Assembly (NCBI RefSeq): GCF_009914755.1
Contig: NC_060934.1
Length of the DNA stretch: 64,000 nucleotides
Strand: one strand, 5' to 3'
DNA from: the human T2T-CHM13v2.0 reference genome, Homo sapiens
The notes under the pieces were generated by a model. It was not told where the DNA came from. It saw only the letters and a list, made by a program, of their open reading frames with translations, and searched no databases. How positions within the stretch are numbered: position 1 is the stretch's first letter; each line of letters begins with the position of its first letter. Positions 16,590-30,616 of the stretch are shown here, piece by piece. The position numbers were made by a program, and so were the translations under genes.

Positions 16590-17954
16590 TCATTTATATA
16601 TATAATATGAGGATATTATGAATAACTTTATATCAATAAATTAGACAATTCAATGAAATGAGAAAATTCCCAAACATAAAAGACAACACAAATTATCAAA
16701 CTGATTGGAAGAAATTGAAAATTGGAATAGCCCAATTTTTATGACAAATTGAATGTTATTGAAAACTTTCCCCAAGGGAATGATAAGCATTCAATTCAGA
16801 ATATTTGCCAATTGGGAAGAGAGGTGACAGGCACTGGATGGGCAACAGGGACCGTGAAGCCACTTCTAATTCCTTCTTTCTTTACCTGTGTGGTGAGGAC
16901 ACAGGTGTTTACTTTGTTGAAGTAAGGAGCAGTGTAGAGTTTCTGTTTACAGAGGGTTCCAAGGTGAGGGGACTATATGAGCAGAGTGGGCCTTCACCTT
17001 GCATGCCCTATCTAGATTTCTGATGTTTGCAGTCTCTCTGGGATGGCAATCTAGTGCTGAGTGAGGGCAGGAGAAGGGATGTGTGCATGGACCTCTTCCA
17101 TATATGCAAGCCAGAGTGGCACGGGAACCACCTGTAACATTTCTTATGCGCTTGATAAACATGGTGGGCAAAAGTGAGTCCATCTGGCCCAGAGCCCATC
17201 AGGCAGAACAGAGGGTGGCTCAGGTGGATGCATGTGGATTGCCGCCTGGGGTGGAGGTGGAAACAGCGGCATCACCGCGGCATCAGCCTGGTAGGGATAT
17301 GTTCCAAAGCTGATATGCCACACCAGCATACTGTTTGTGCGACAATGATGACATAGGCAGTCGCATCAGGCTTGGCACACCAAGAGGAAGGACTAGCCCT
17401 GCTCTTGTCCGCACTGCTCACATTCAATCTTCCTGGAAATAAGAACTCGGCAGAGATGGAAAAGGAGCTTGGAAATGAAGCCCTGAATTGGACTGGGACC
17501 CAACATAAATCATGAATTGACTGAGAAATCATTGGATTGGACTCTGATCTTGACTGGCTAAGGTGAGGTTTTTCATCTACTAAACAAAAATGAGTGCATC
17601 TAATCTAGGATCAGTTACAGTAAAATGAAATTACCATGTTAGCCCATGTAAGTCTGTGACTACACAATTAATCTCCATATCACACCACGATGAAGTACTC
17701 TGTACAAATGCACTCGCTACGGTGCTGTATATGCCACATTGAATTAATATCTGGAGCTTCAGCCTAAGTAGAGAGACATAATCTACAATGTCCCAATTAG
17801 TTGGTTAAATGAGAAAACATAGAAAGTGTGTAGTAATAAATACTTCTGCTTTCCTAAATATTTAGATATCAACATAAAGTCTGCAGAGACCAAAACGATT
17901 AATATGATTGTCAACATCTTGGTTAATAGAAAATCAATTAGAAGTAAAACTTTA

Positions 17955-18287
<333 letters not shown>

Positions 18288-19610
18288 TTATTCAGCTCTA
18301 GAGATAATCCAAAACCTATTTGCAGGGAAAGGAAATCAAGTGTATATTTAAATTTTCTTTTGTCTCACATGTATCTACGTTCTGTTCTTAAATAACTATG
18401 TGAGACAGGGCAGGTGTTAATATGCACATTTTACACAGCACAAAATGCTTATCAGCACATACACGAAACACGGGTAGGAGATCATTTCAGCACCAAACAG
18501 AACAAGGCAGAATGTTTTACTACAAGGTGTTTTTGCCCTGAATCCTCTGTTTTTTCTGTCTTGGCATGGATTCTTTGTGCCACCGCACTTAGGATGAATT
18601 ATTTCCATAGAATATACATAGCCAGGTATAGAATTTTATACAGACAAGATCCATAGTGTGTGTTTAAGAAATACAGTGCAAATGTAGGGCATTGCCATCC
18701 CAGGATCTTTTGTGTAAGCTTCAAGTTTGACCTCCGATGGCCTCCATCAGACCAACATTAAACCCATCGTGCCTGGATGATGCTTGACTGTGAAAGAATA
18801 TTGCAAAAGAACTTCCCATACATGTTCCCCCAGGGAATCTGGGGGAAATTATGGCAGAACACAACTAAACAGAAGACAGATTTTTAATGTTAACATGTTA
18901 GGGTAAGGGAAAAAATAAGCATTTTTCCAATTTGCATCGTTTTTGTCCTTTTCAGAATTTTACAGTTTCTCCATTTTGAAAAAGGCAAAGAGGACACTGG
19001 GAAGAGAAACAAAATGCTTATGTGAGTGAAAAATAGATTTGAGAGGTTGAGGAACTGGAGCTGTTGTGTCTGGTAGAGGATCTGATACATAAAGCAACTT
19101 TATAAAGACAATACAAACTAGTTATATATCATTGTGTGCAAATGAGCAGGAAAAGGTTTTAATAGCCCTATGAAAGAAGATGACTAAATAGGTCTGATTA
19201 AACCAGGTATTAAGCGAGTGAGTCTGTCCTGCTGATCTTTTATAACAGAAACACAGATAGGGAATGAAAACATCTTGAATGATTTTACTTCTCAGTGATT
19301 TTGATTACTCTTCTATTTTAGACCAATTATTTTGCATTTCTTGTAGAAGTATATGAGGTGATTTAACATTAGTATGTAAAAAAATTGCAACATTCCTAAC
19401 TTCCTTAAAGGATGATTAGTCATGTTTTTAGAAATAGAATTTGTATATTTCACACCATACCTGTTCCTGAGAATAAAGAATCTCTTTTCCCAGCTTTTAT
19501 TTAGTCGATCAGCTTCCTTCCTAAACCTATAAAAAATTTACAGATGGTTAAATATTGTATTAGTTACAAATGAACATTATATCTCATTACCAGTGCCTTT
19601 TACTCTATTA

Positions 19611-19700
<90 letters not shown>

Positions 19701-19820
19701 TCAATAGAAAATATAACACAAAGTTAATTACACAAACAATATATCTTGTTTCTCCATAAATCTGAAAAGACTATTTCTATAAATAGTATGCATACTCTAA
19801 CTACTATCAAACATAATTTG

Positions 19821-20170
<350 letters not shown>

Positions 20171-21469
20171 TTAAGATCCCATGCCTCTATTTCCCGTAAA
20201 TGGTGAACTTAGAAGCAGTTAGCTCTAAACCATATTACAAAGCAACCAAAATTGATCTTCATCAGCCCCTTAAGCTGCCCCTTTTTGTAAATTGTAAATC
20301 GTGTTTTGTAAATTGTAAATTGTGTTTTCCTTCACTTACTGTGGTCTCTCCATCTCTTCGTCATAGGCAGCAGCTTCCCCCAGTTACTCATTTCCTCCTT
20401 CTATCAAAACAGTTCTCAAGAAAGGATCTACCAACTGAATCACAGTAGAGCTTTATGCCATTTATCAATAATGTTTATATTTTGCAAGAGGACAAAGTTT
20501 CAGCAAAATGAATGAATCTCTAATAGCTGAATTGTAGGCATATCATGAATGAGAGAGACTTCCGTGGATGTGGCAGAGATGTGCTACAGAATAATACTAA
20601 AGAGGCAATCAGGTCTTCTGTCTCTTCATAAGGCTAATTCTCAGTGTAGCTTCCAGAGTCATTGCTACTTTCTAAGCATAGCCAGCATCAATATAAACAA
20701 TAACTAGGTTCGTAATAATGGTCATATTAGTCATTATTATATCTTAGATCCTGATATTTTCATCTTTTTTTCTTTTCATGTGTCCCAATAGGTGCTGCAT
20801 AGCTTATCTGGCAAGAAAATAAACCAAGGTAAATACAAATTTTCAAATTAATGCATAACAATGTGGATTTTCTGCAGCTTTGAGAAAGAGAACTGAGACT
20901 TACAATATGCTAACCACAGTCCTCTGGCCGTCTTCACTGTCTTATATAATTTAGATAATTCAGTATTTATACATATAATTTGCAATTGGACAATGGCAGC
21001 CCATTGAAAACAATTTTCCTATTAATAATACCAGTTTTTAAAAAATGCATTTTATTATAGTGTTGCTTCCATTATATCTGTTTTGCTTTCAAAAAAATCC
21101 TATTAGAAAGGTGCTAGATCTCTTGGATCTGTTCTCCATATTTTAACTTTTTTCATTATTTCTGTCTGCCATTTTGCACTATGTTCTAGGAAATTTTCTT
21201 CACTTTATCTTCCAGATTATTAAGTCTTAAGCTCTGTCAATTTTATTATTCAGCCTGCCTATTGCCTTTTTTTCAAAGTTTTATTTGTTCCTTTTAATAA
21301 ATTGTTCTTTGGTTCAGACTGTTCGTTTTTCATAGCTGCCTGTCCTTGTTAATGGAAAAAAGTTTCTGTTGAATGTCTCCCAAAATATTTTTTACTGAAA
21401 TAATATATTTTAAATTTTTGTCTGTTCCCTGAATTAACTGTTTCAGGCAGGGCCAAGTGCTTTTCTTGT

Positions 21470-21841
21470 TCTCTTTGTTCACTCCGTAAATATTTGCTGA
21501 ATGCTTATGATATGCCAACAATTGTTTAAGCACTGGAGATACAATAGAAAACAAAATTGAGCTAAAGTAGAGAAGGCAGACTTGAGAGAAATTACAAAAG
21601 AGGTGAAATTTAGGTGACTTTTTGAGTGAGGACAGAGCTGCCTGAAATTTCTCATTTGGGCAAGTAGATGGAGAATGATTCTATTCACTAAGAACAAACA
21701 ATAAGAATAGGAACAATTTTGTGTGCTAGCCTTTTTTTGTTTTGTTTTGTTTTGTTTGTTTTTGATGAATTCAGATTTACCAAAACACTTTGAGTCTCAG
21801 GTACCCATGGCCTGTTTAAATGAACACATGTAATAGGCAAC
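21470..21841 (+). mobile_element. L2 fragments, resuming at about 22200-22310
   Basis: aaatatttgctgaatgcttatgatatgcca...taagcactggagatacaa; gagataatttgggattcatcag. Confidence 0.55.
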
Positions 21842-22196
21842 TGATATGGTTTGGCTCTGTGTCCCCACTCAAATCTCATCTTGTAGCTCCCATAATTCCC
21901 ACGTGTTGTGGGAGAGACCTGGTGGGAGATGATTGAATCACGGTGGCGGGTCTTTCCCATGTTGTTCTCAAGATAGCGAATGGGTCTCACAAGATCTGAT
22001 GGTTTTAAAAATGGGAGTTTCTCTGCACAAGCTCTCTCTTTGCTTGCTGCCATCCATGTAAGATGTGACTTGCTCCTCCTTGCCTTCTGCCATGATTGTG
22101 AGGCCTCCCCAGCCATGTGGAACTGAAAGTCCATTAAACCCCTTCTTCCCAGTCTCAGGTATGTCTTTATCAGTGATGTGAAAAGAGACTAATATA
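21842..22196 (+). mobile_element. THE1A solo LTR (MaLR)
   Basis: tgatatggtttggctctgtgtcccca...gactaatata; 5-bp TSD gcaac at 21837-21841 and 22197-22201. Confidence 0.93.
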
Positions 22197-23177
22197 GCAA
22201 CTGAGACAGGGCCTGGAATTTGAGAGAGGGGTTGATCCTAGAGAGATAATTTGGGATTCATCAGTACGTGGGTTGAAGCTGAAGATTTGGATAAGGCCAT
22301 TCATCAAAAAAGTGGGGGTCACCAAAGTGACATGAGATGGACACTTTTTGGAGTCCCTCCACCTATTTGTTCTCAAAGGGCACAATCCACGTGAACCACC
22401 TCTTTGTCCAGGGTACAAGGGGTAGAGAGTGAGTTCACTGCCATTTGATTAACAGTAGTCCAAGGAAATCACCAGGGGAAGAGCCCCAGGCCCAGGGTCA
22501 GGGAGAACACTTGCCATTATGCTAAAAAAAATTAACCCAAATTAAAAAAATTAATCCCCAGAAAATTAGGAAAACAAATCAGTAGAACAAAATAATTTTC
22601 CACGTAGAAAGACATTAATATACTTATTTCACTATATCCAAAGTTACATCAGTGATTGAATGCTTATTTAAAAAAAAACTGTGTTTAAATTTATGTACAG
22701 TAAAAATTAGTTTCAATTTTTAAGGCTCCCTTTTTCCAGCTTTCATATAATGATCAACTATGTAATAACTAGAGATAAGTCTGTTCTAAAATCTATCTTC
22801 TGTAAAGCAAATAATTATTCAATCTCTTCAAAAGACAACACTATTATGATGATGAAGATAACGTCTCTTTTCATTAAAAAAAGAGAAAAAAAAGCATCAC
22901 ATGTAGACTAGAGTGTTTGCTCTCCAGTTCGAGTTGAACTTTCAACTTTGCTGCAACATGGTCTATTGAATCCTGGCTCTGTCCACATTAAACTGTCATT
23001 TTGTTTTGCCAGCTGCTGACATTCCACTTTCTCTGGAATACACACACTGGTCTTTATGTGGTCACTTCATTGACAGGTGCAAACACTGGACTGATAATAG
23101 ATTGATGTGAAAATGAGTGTTAATATTAAAATAAAAGTAATTAACTTCCTAAGTAGGAAAACACAAACACAAATTAA

Positions 23178-23514
<337 letters not shown>

Positions 23515-24996
23515 TGTGATTTAAAATAATTTATTATAAATATTTCTCATTCTCTTTTGAATTTGTATATACATTTATAATTAAAAATTCACAAAATTAA
23601 GAAATAAAGGTTCATTTATAACGGAAGTTATGATTCTTAAATTTGCTTCCCATTTTTAAGCACTTATATCATATTTTTAAAAATTTAACAAATATACTAT
23701 TCTAAATTAGAATAGTAGCCAGGGTTTGTAATAACAGAAGAAGCAAATTATGTTTATTAACTGCCGTAAGATTAACTACATTCCTTATCATACCCTCACA
23801 TCTCTGTTTTCTTTTTCTTATCAAGAGTCAGTACATTTAATTTCCACAAACATCTCTCTTATGAAACTTTAGTCATTTTCTCTGGGCTTAATGAAAGGTA
23901 CTTTGCCTTTTACCTCTATACCCTTTAAATCGTCGAATATATTTATATTACCATTAAAGTAGTCTTTCTGACTCATCATGATGAAGAATGATTTTTCCTC
24001 TTTAAAACCTCAATCACTTTGACTTTCATATTAACATTTTTTAACCTGCCATGCAAATAACTACTTTTGAACACCAGTAATGTGCCAGTGGGTGGGAAGT
24101 GGCCAGGGAGAGGAGGGGCTAATAGAAACACACGAAACAAGGACCAACCTCATGCACCTACAATTTGGAGAGAAGAGGCTGAGAATTGGGAACACGGAGA
24201 ATAAAATATGAGGCTGTGTGCTGAAACAGTAGTCATGACGGGGGCCAAAAATCAAAACAAAACATTTATCTACATATATCACTTGTGAATTTTCTTCTAA
24301 CAAAATTGTTAAGGTAGGCAAATCTTTCAAAAACAGGACAAGACTTTCTTCATTTGATGTCCCCAAAGGTGCCATTCCATGTTTGCCAAAGGGCTCGGAG
24401 GCATCTTGGTAGAATGACTGGGCTGTGAAGCCATACAGGATTTAGGCTGATCCAGGCTATATGCAACTCTCAAGCATGTCTCAAAGGTTCAGAAGGCCAC
24501 AAAAGTCTGTCTGGGTGTGGCTTCCTCACCTGGCTCTAGAACATCCTAGACCTTGTGTTCATGTGTTCATGTGTTCATGTAGGAAGTCATCTATGCAAAA
24601 GCAGAATACACATCTATTAAACTATTCACTCCAAAAACTTGTGACAAGGTCACTTCAGTGATAGGAATGTATCTATTAAATATGATGAAGCCATTGTTTA
24701 TAACCGAAAAAAAAAAGAAATAATATCTCAGGAAGGCACTGGTAAATTGACACGAATTGGTTATGTAAATTGTGCTACTTCTGTGGGGCGAAATACATAC
24801 AGCACATATAATGGATTATCTAAATTCAACGGTATGGAATGATGTTATCCACATCCTGTTGACATAAAAATCTGCATCAAGACTTGTCTGGAAGGGTGGT
24901 AATGAGAGGTTTTCAGTGATCATCTTTGGGTGGCAGGATTTTCTTAAAAATTTTCTTCTTTTGGCATTTCCTCATTGAGCAAATTTTGTATAATAA

Positions 24997-25309
<313 letters not shown>

Positions 25310-26527
25310 CTGTATCCATTTTATTTAAAAAATTGAGACTCCTGGCTCCCGCTTAGGAAGCAAAAAATGCCATTCCAACACTAAAAACAAGAAAAATCTA
25401 GATAAACTACAAAATCACAACTTCTCTTGAACCCATTAGAGAGCTGGGGTTACACCCAGGTAACCTAAATTCCAAAGAGGAACAATGCCCTCAGAGGAGA
25501 GATGAGAGCCATGAACAGTTCATAGGTCTCGTCTACAGCTGAAGAAGCACCATGCCAGCTTCAACACAAGCTTGTAAGAAGAATAAGCTAAAATATAAAG
25601 AACTTCTGAAGATCAAATGTTGGTGAGCGGGGCAGTCTGAAGTAGCTGGGGACACATGTTAAAAGTGGAGCTTGCACTCACTCACAAGTTTTTTTTTTTT
25701 TCCTGTCCCTTACCAGATACTCATGAGAAAAATTGAGGGCAGAGCAATTTTGAAAGGAGTCTCTGTTGATGGTGCAGACTTGAGGAGGGGATCAGCAGCT
25801 ACTACAGGAAAATCACCTTCCTTGGGTCATTCTATCCTAGCATGTGAAAGTCTTAAGCCTCTGGGAGAGGGGAAGCAAACTGTCTGGCCAACCAGGCTCA
25901 AAGAAGGTGATCAGTGGTTGATGCTGTGAAGAAGTGTTAGGTATCAAATCCCATTTATTTCTCCCAGGCCACTCCTTTCTCAGAAGGAAAAGTTTTCAAC
26001 TGCTGGGATGGGCAGCAGAGTCTCTTGCTCACAGCTCAAAAATGGAGATATATTATGTCAATGGGAAAAACAAAAGAAACAGGTTGCTCCCCTGGGAGAA
26101 GGGAATGGTAATTGTCTTGGACCTTCAACTCTATGCCAATACCAAGTGGAGGTGTCCTACTATTGCAGGAAGGACAGGAAACTCCTGCCCAAGACCAACT
26201 TCAGATACAAGGCGAGTGAACTGCCCCAGGGAAGAGGGGCAAGAATGCTGAGAAAGTCCACCGCTGGGGCCTGAGCACACAACACTTCTGAAAGTCTGAG
26301 TTTGGATTAGAACCACAGAGAATCTTCTCTACCTTCACTCATGGAGCACCAAGCAATAGCAGTGCACTACTGAGGCATGGATAAGAGCATAGAGGCAGAT
26401 CTTCTCTATGGCACAGGTGGACAGGTTCTATAAGCTGAGGGTAGAGTGGTAGTCAGAGAAAAGCACTCTGTGACCCCAGCTCCCACTCTAGTCACATACC
26501 CACCACAAAAAGAATATCAAAACTGTT

Positions 26528-26826
26528 GCCTGGTGCAGTGGCTTACACCTGTAATCCCAGCACTTTGGGGGGCCAAGGCAGGAGAATCCCTTGAGCTCGG
26601 GAGTTCGAGAACAGCCTGGGCAATATGGCAAAATTCTATCTCTATAAAAAATACAAAAGTTAGCTGGGCATAGTGGCATGTGCCTGTAGTCTCAGCTGCT
26701 TGGGAGGCTGAGGTGGGAGGATGGCCTGAACCCAGGAGACAGACGTTTCAGTGAGCTGAGATCACAGCACTGCACTCCAACCTGGGTGACAGAGTCAGAC
26801 TCTGTTTTTTTTTTTTTAAATAAAAG
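26528..26826 (+). mobile_element. AluJ
   Basis: Dimeric Alu; the tail has a T run. Confidence 0.92.
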
Positions 26827-27067
26827 ACTGTGGTCTAGTAGAGGTAACCATAGCAACAAGCAAACTCAACTCAACTTTGGTTAGATTGGCCCAACCTGTC
26901 ACAGTAGTCATACACATCCCCCCCACACATATATGTATACACACATATGTGTATGGGTGTGTGTATGTATAGTCTCATAAGAGACAGGTTATTTCAATGT
27001 GTGAATACAATTTATTTCAATCTCTACTATTCTACACATGATGTGCAGCATTCAATCAGAAATATGA

Positions 27068-28515
27068 GGCAGCTCGCTGGAACAGGCTGGATGGTGCCAG
27101 CCACGTTAGGTGGTTTTACCATGTGGCCTCTGGCATCCCCATTGCCAACCATGGGCGAGCTCTTGGTGCACTGGTGGCCTGGCATGGTGCTCCAACTATA
27201 GCTGTGTCAGCGTGTGATGATGCCATCCCACACCAATCTGGCTACTGGAATCCCTAGTAGCAAAGCAAAATACTCAAGGCTCTCCAGCACAGACAGTGGC
27301 TACACTCACCTCCTAAGGTTTAAAAAAGGCCTTCCTAAGATGCCTTAGAAGGCCATTGCAGTCACCACTGTGCTGTTTCTGATTGGCACCTTTCTATTAT
27401 CATAGGCTCCCTCCTGCTGTTGGGCTACATCAGCAAAGTGGGGACAGACTAGGTTGTTCCAGTTCTGATCACTGGCAATTTGGTGTTCCTGCCGAATGCA
27501 TCCAAAAGCTACCAGGGTTACTCCTACCATGGCCTTCCAGACTTTGACGACTAGCACCACCTCAGCCCTGAGAAGAGTCACAGTGGAACTGTACCTGGCT
27601 TTAAGATTCTGAGCAGAAACTATGTCTAAGGGCTGAAGAATTCTGCAGTTTGCAGATGTTTAATAAAACATTGGCCAGATTTTATGGGTCTATTCCAAAG
27701 ATGTTAACTGAGCTTACAATGAGATCATTCGGACATGGTCTATTTTTCATCTCCTGGCCCTGACAAAAAGCTGCTGACAAGGTTTTCCCCCAGGAATATG
27801 GAACATGGAGGAATAGCAATGTTCATTGTCTGGAAAAATGGGAACTTATTCTGTAATGGAATGTGTTGCCTTCACCATCCTATTTAGAGTTCAACACTTC
27901 TGTTAAATAGTCTTCATTGTCAATTTCTTCTTGTAGCAAATGAAAGAATACAGTATGTCTTTTTAAAATTACTAGGTAACTTATTTTTAAAATATCTAAG
28001 TATCTTATCTCCTACACTTATTTCTACCTTCATGTTCTAGTGGAAAACGATGGTAAAATCAAATGTCAGTGAGAGTCCATCTGTAATATTTTTTACTTGC
28101 TTTTTTATCAACAGCATCCAGGAATTTTTCAAACTACAGAGCAAGTTTTCAAAATGTAAACACTTTCTCTGTTTACCAATCTTTAGTGAGCTCTAATTTG
28201 GTTCACCAATAGACTGGGCAGCATACAATTTGGGTCATTCTGTCCTTCGTATATCAAGCTATTCTGTATATCATGCCTTTAAGGATCAGACTTTTGGCTG
28301 TTTCCTAATGAAAAATGCAGAGAAGTGGTTCTTATTTAGAGTTGATAACCCTAGTGCTAGTACCTAGTATTATGATGGCATTCTGCTAAAGATTGCAAGA
28401 CTCAGCCTGGATCCCTAGAAGACTAGATTGAGTTAGGTTGATTCTATTTCCTAGCTTGCAAAAAGTGACTTATATTCAAAGTAAATTAAAATGTCAAAAC
28501 AAAACCAAACAAAAG
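27068..28515 (+). pseudogene. TMEM230: Processed pseudogene of TMEM230 (C20orf30); CDS remnant 27217-27554; the symbol given is the parent gene
   Basis: Intronless translation [29 protein letters not shown]...[66 protein letters not shown] matches the 120-aa TMEM230 isoform. Premature TAGs at 27346 and 27450, a 1-nt frameshift near 27395 and an in-frame deletion; 5'UTR, about 950 nt of 3'UTR, ATTAAA at 28485 and an A-rich tail remnant. Confidence 0.96.
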
Positions 28516-30325
28516 ACAGACAAAAAGTCCAGGAAAAAAAATCTATCGTTGGGAGACAAAGCAATAAACAGAACCAGACTCAAAGATGACCCATATTTTG
28601 GAACTATGACTTTGAAAGACTTTGAAAGAACTATAATCAAAATATTAGAGAACCTAGGAGAAAAGGTGAACACTATGCATGATAAACAATAGACAGGGAA
28701 TTTCATCAGAGAGGTGGAAAATGTAAAAAAGAATCAAATGGAAATACTAGAAATAAACCAAGCAACAATCAAGATGAATAATTTGTTGGATGGGCTCATC
28801 AATAGACTCAATATAACTGAAAAAAGTAATCAGTGAATTTGAAGTTAGGTTAAAAAAAAGACAACTCTCCAAACTGAAACAAAGAAAAAAAGTAGTTCAA
28901 ACTTTAATGAGCTGAGCATGTAAGAGTTGTGGAACAACATCAAACAGTCCAGCACAGACATATTCGAAGGTAAAGACATAATTGTAGATAATGTTTAGGA
29001 GTTAATAAAAGATATCAAACTACAAATTCAAGAAGTTCAAGATAAATAGAAATAAAGAGGTGAAGGAGAGGGGACAAGAAACAACCAAAGATACTTTATT
29101 ATCCAGCTGTTGAAAAGCAAAGAGAAAGAGAAACTCTTGAAGTCAATCCAAAATAAAAGACATTACAAACAGAGAAACGAAGTTAAAATTTACAGCATAC
29201 TTCTTATCAGGAACTATGCAAGCCGAAAGAGGGTGTAGTCATATCTTCAAAGTATTAAAAGAATAAAACTGTCAATGCAGACTCAGAATATATTTCGGAA
29301 AAATACCTATCAAAAATAAAGGCAAAAAAAAGGGTTTTTTCCAGACACAAACAAAAACTAAGAGAATTCATTGCCGGCAGACCAAAAGGAAGAGGGTATA
29401 TGACACCAGATAGAAACCTAGATCTACACAAAGAAATGAAAGCTCTAGAAATGGCATAAATAAAAGTGTCAAATGCAAATCTTACTGTGACAAGTATATC
29501 AATTTCTGTTACATGAAAATATATTAAACTTTAATTTTTGAAGCATATAACATGTTAGGAACTCTAAAGAACTGTCCCTTTAATGGGAATATTGGAGAAG
29601 ATTATCCAAAGGCATTTAGAGCAAGATTCATGGACAGATATGAGTTTTAAGTGGCTTTCCTGGGAGCTCATAAGAAACACTCTCTTTACTGCTGAAGACT
29701 AAGCTATTTGGTGGGAGATTTCCCACCAGAGGTTCCTATGGATTGCAGTGGCTTCTTATTGACCTCTTATCAATCAGCTGTTTGGATGCTTCAGTCTGAA
29801 ATCTTTTTTATATTACTTTCCTAATGTTTGCTCTCCTAACTTTTCCAGTGGTTGCATAAAAATCTAAACCTTCATATTGAAATCTTTCCAATTTTAATAC
29901 AAAAAGACCTTTCAAATATTCTTATGCTTTATTTAATGTAAACCAGACAGAAATCTTATAAATTGTAATTGAATTCGACTTGCAAATTGTCAACTAGGGA
30001 GACAGACCACCAGAATCACACTCGAGGTTGTTTAGGCCTGTGACCATCATTTCTGGGGGAATGAATTCAAATAAATGTTCACTGTATACTTTCAGCCATT
30101 GGATTAACTGGACTCTACAGTGCTTCATGGTATTAGGTGTAGATAACTTCTTTTTCTTTTACAGATTTGGAAGAGAAAATGCCATGAAAATTTGGGGAGT
30201 CTAGTTAATACAAGGGCTGAGATACAGTATCTCAATACCTGCATACACACACACACACGCAACAAAGAAATGATTCCCACACTAAAATTGCTGGAGGAGA
30301 TCCTCAAACTGTTTTTAAGACACAT

Positions 30326-30616
30326 TTCTTTGTTTTGAAACAGGATCTAGCTTTATTGTCCTGGCTGGAATGCAGTGGTGGGATCATAGCTCACTGCAGC
30401 CTTGACTCCTGGGCTCAAACAATCCTCTCACCTCAGCCTCCTGAGTAGCTAGGACCACAGACACGCACTAACACACTTGGCTAACTTAAAAAATATCTGT
30501 AGAGGTGGGGTCTCACTATGTTGCCCAGGCTGGTCTCAAACTCCTAGCCTCAAGTGATCCTCCTGCCTCCGCCTCTCAAAGTGTTGGAATTACAGGTGTG
30601 AGCAGCCACCCCTGGA
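30326..30616 (-). mobile_element. AluJ
   Basis: Antisense Alu flanked by actgtttt(t/a)aaga repeats. Confidence 0.92.

Larger units (their letters stand above)
25335..29470 (+). mobile_element. Ancient L1M 5' region and ORF1, split by an AluJ and the TMEM230 retrocopy
   Basis: The distal part 28520-29470 has ORF1 hallmarks (gggaaatttcatcagagag, aagaatcaaatggaaatactagaaat, atgggctcatcaatagact, actaagagaattcattgccggcagacc); the proximal assignment is weaker. Confidence 0.65.

Noticed and set aside
24554-24580. (tgtgttca)x3 and similar small duplications at about 15515-15560, 19588-19622 and 40971-40989
   Set aside because: Ordinary replication-slippage duplications
27345-27581. Minus-strand 78-aa ORF
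   Set aside because: Antisense shadow of the TMEM230 pseudogene CDS
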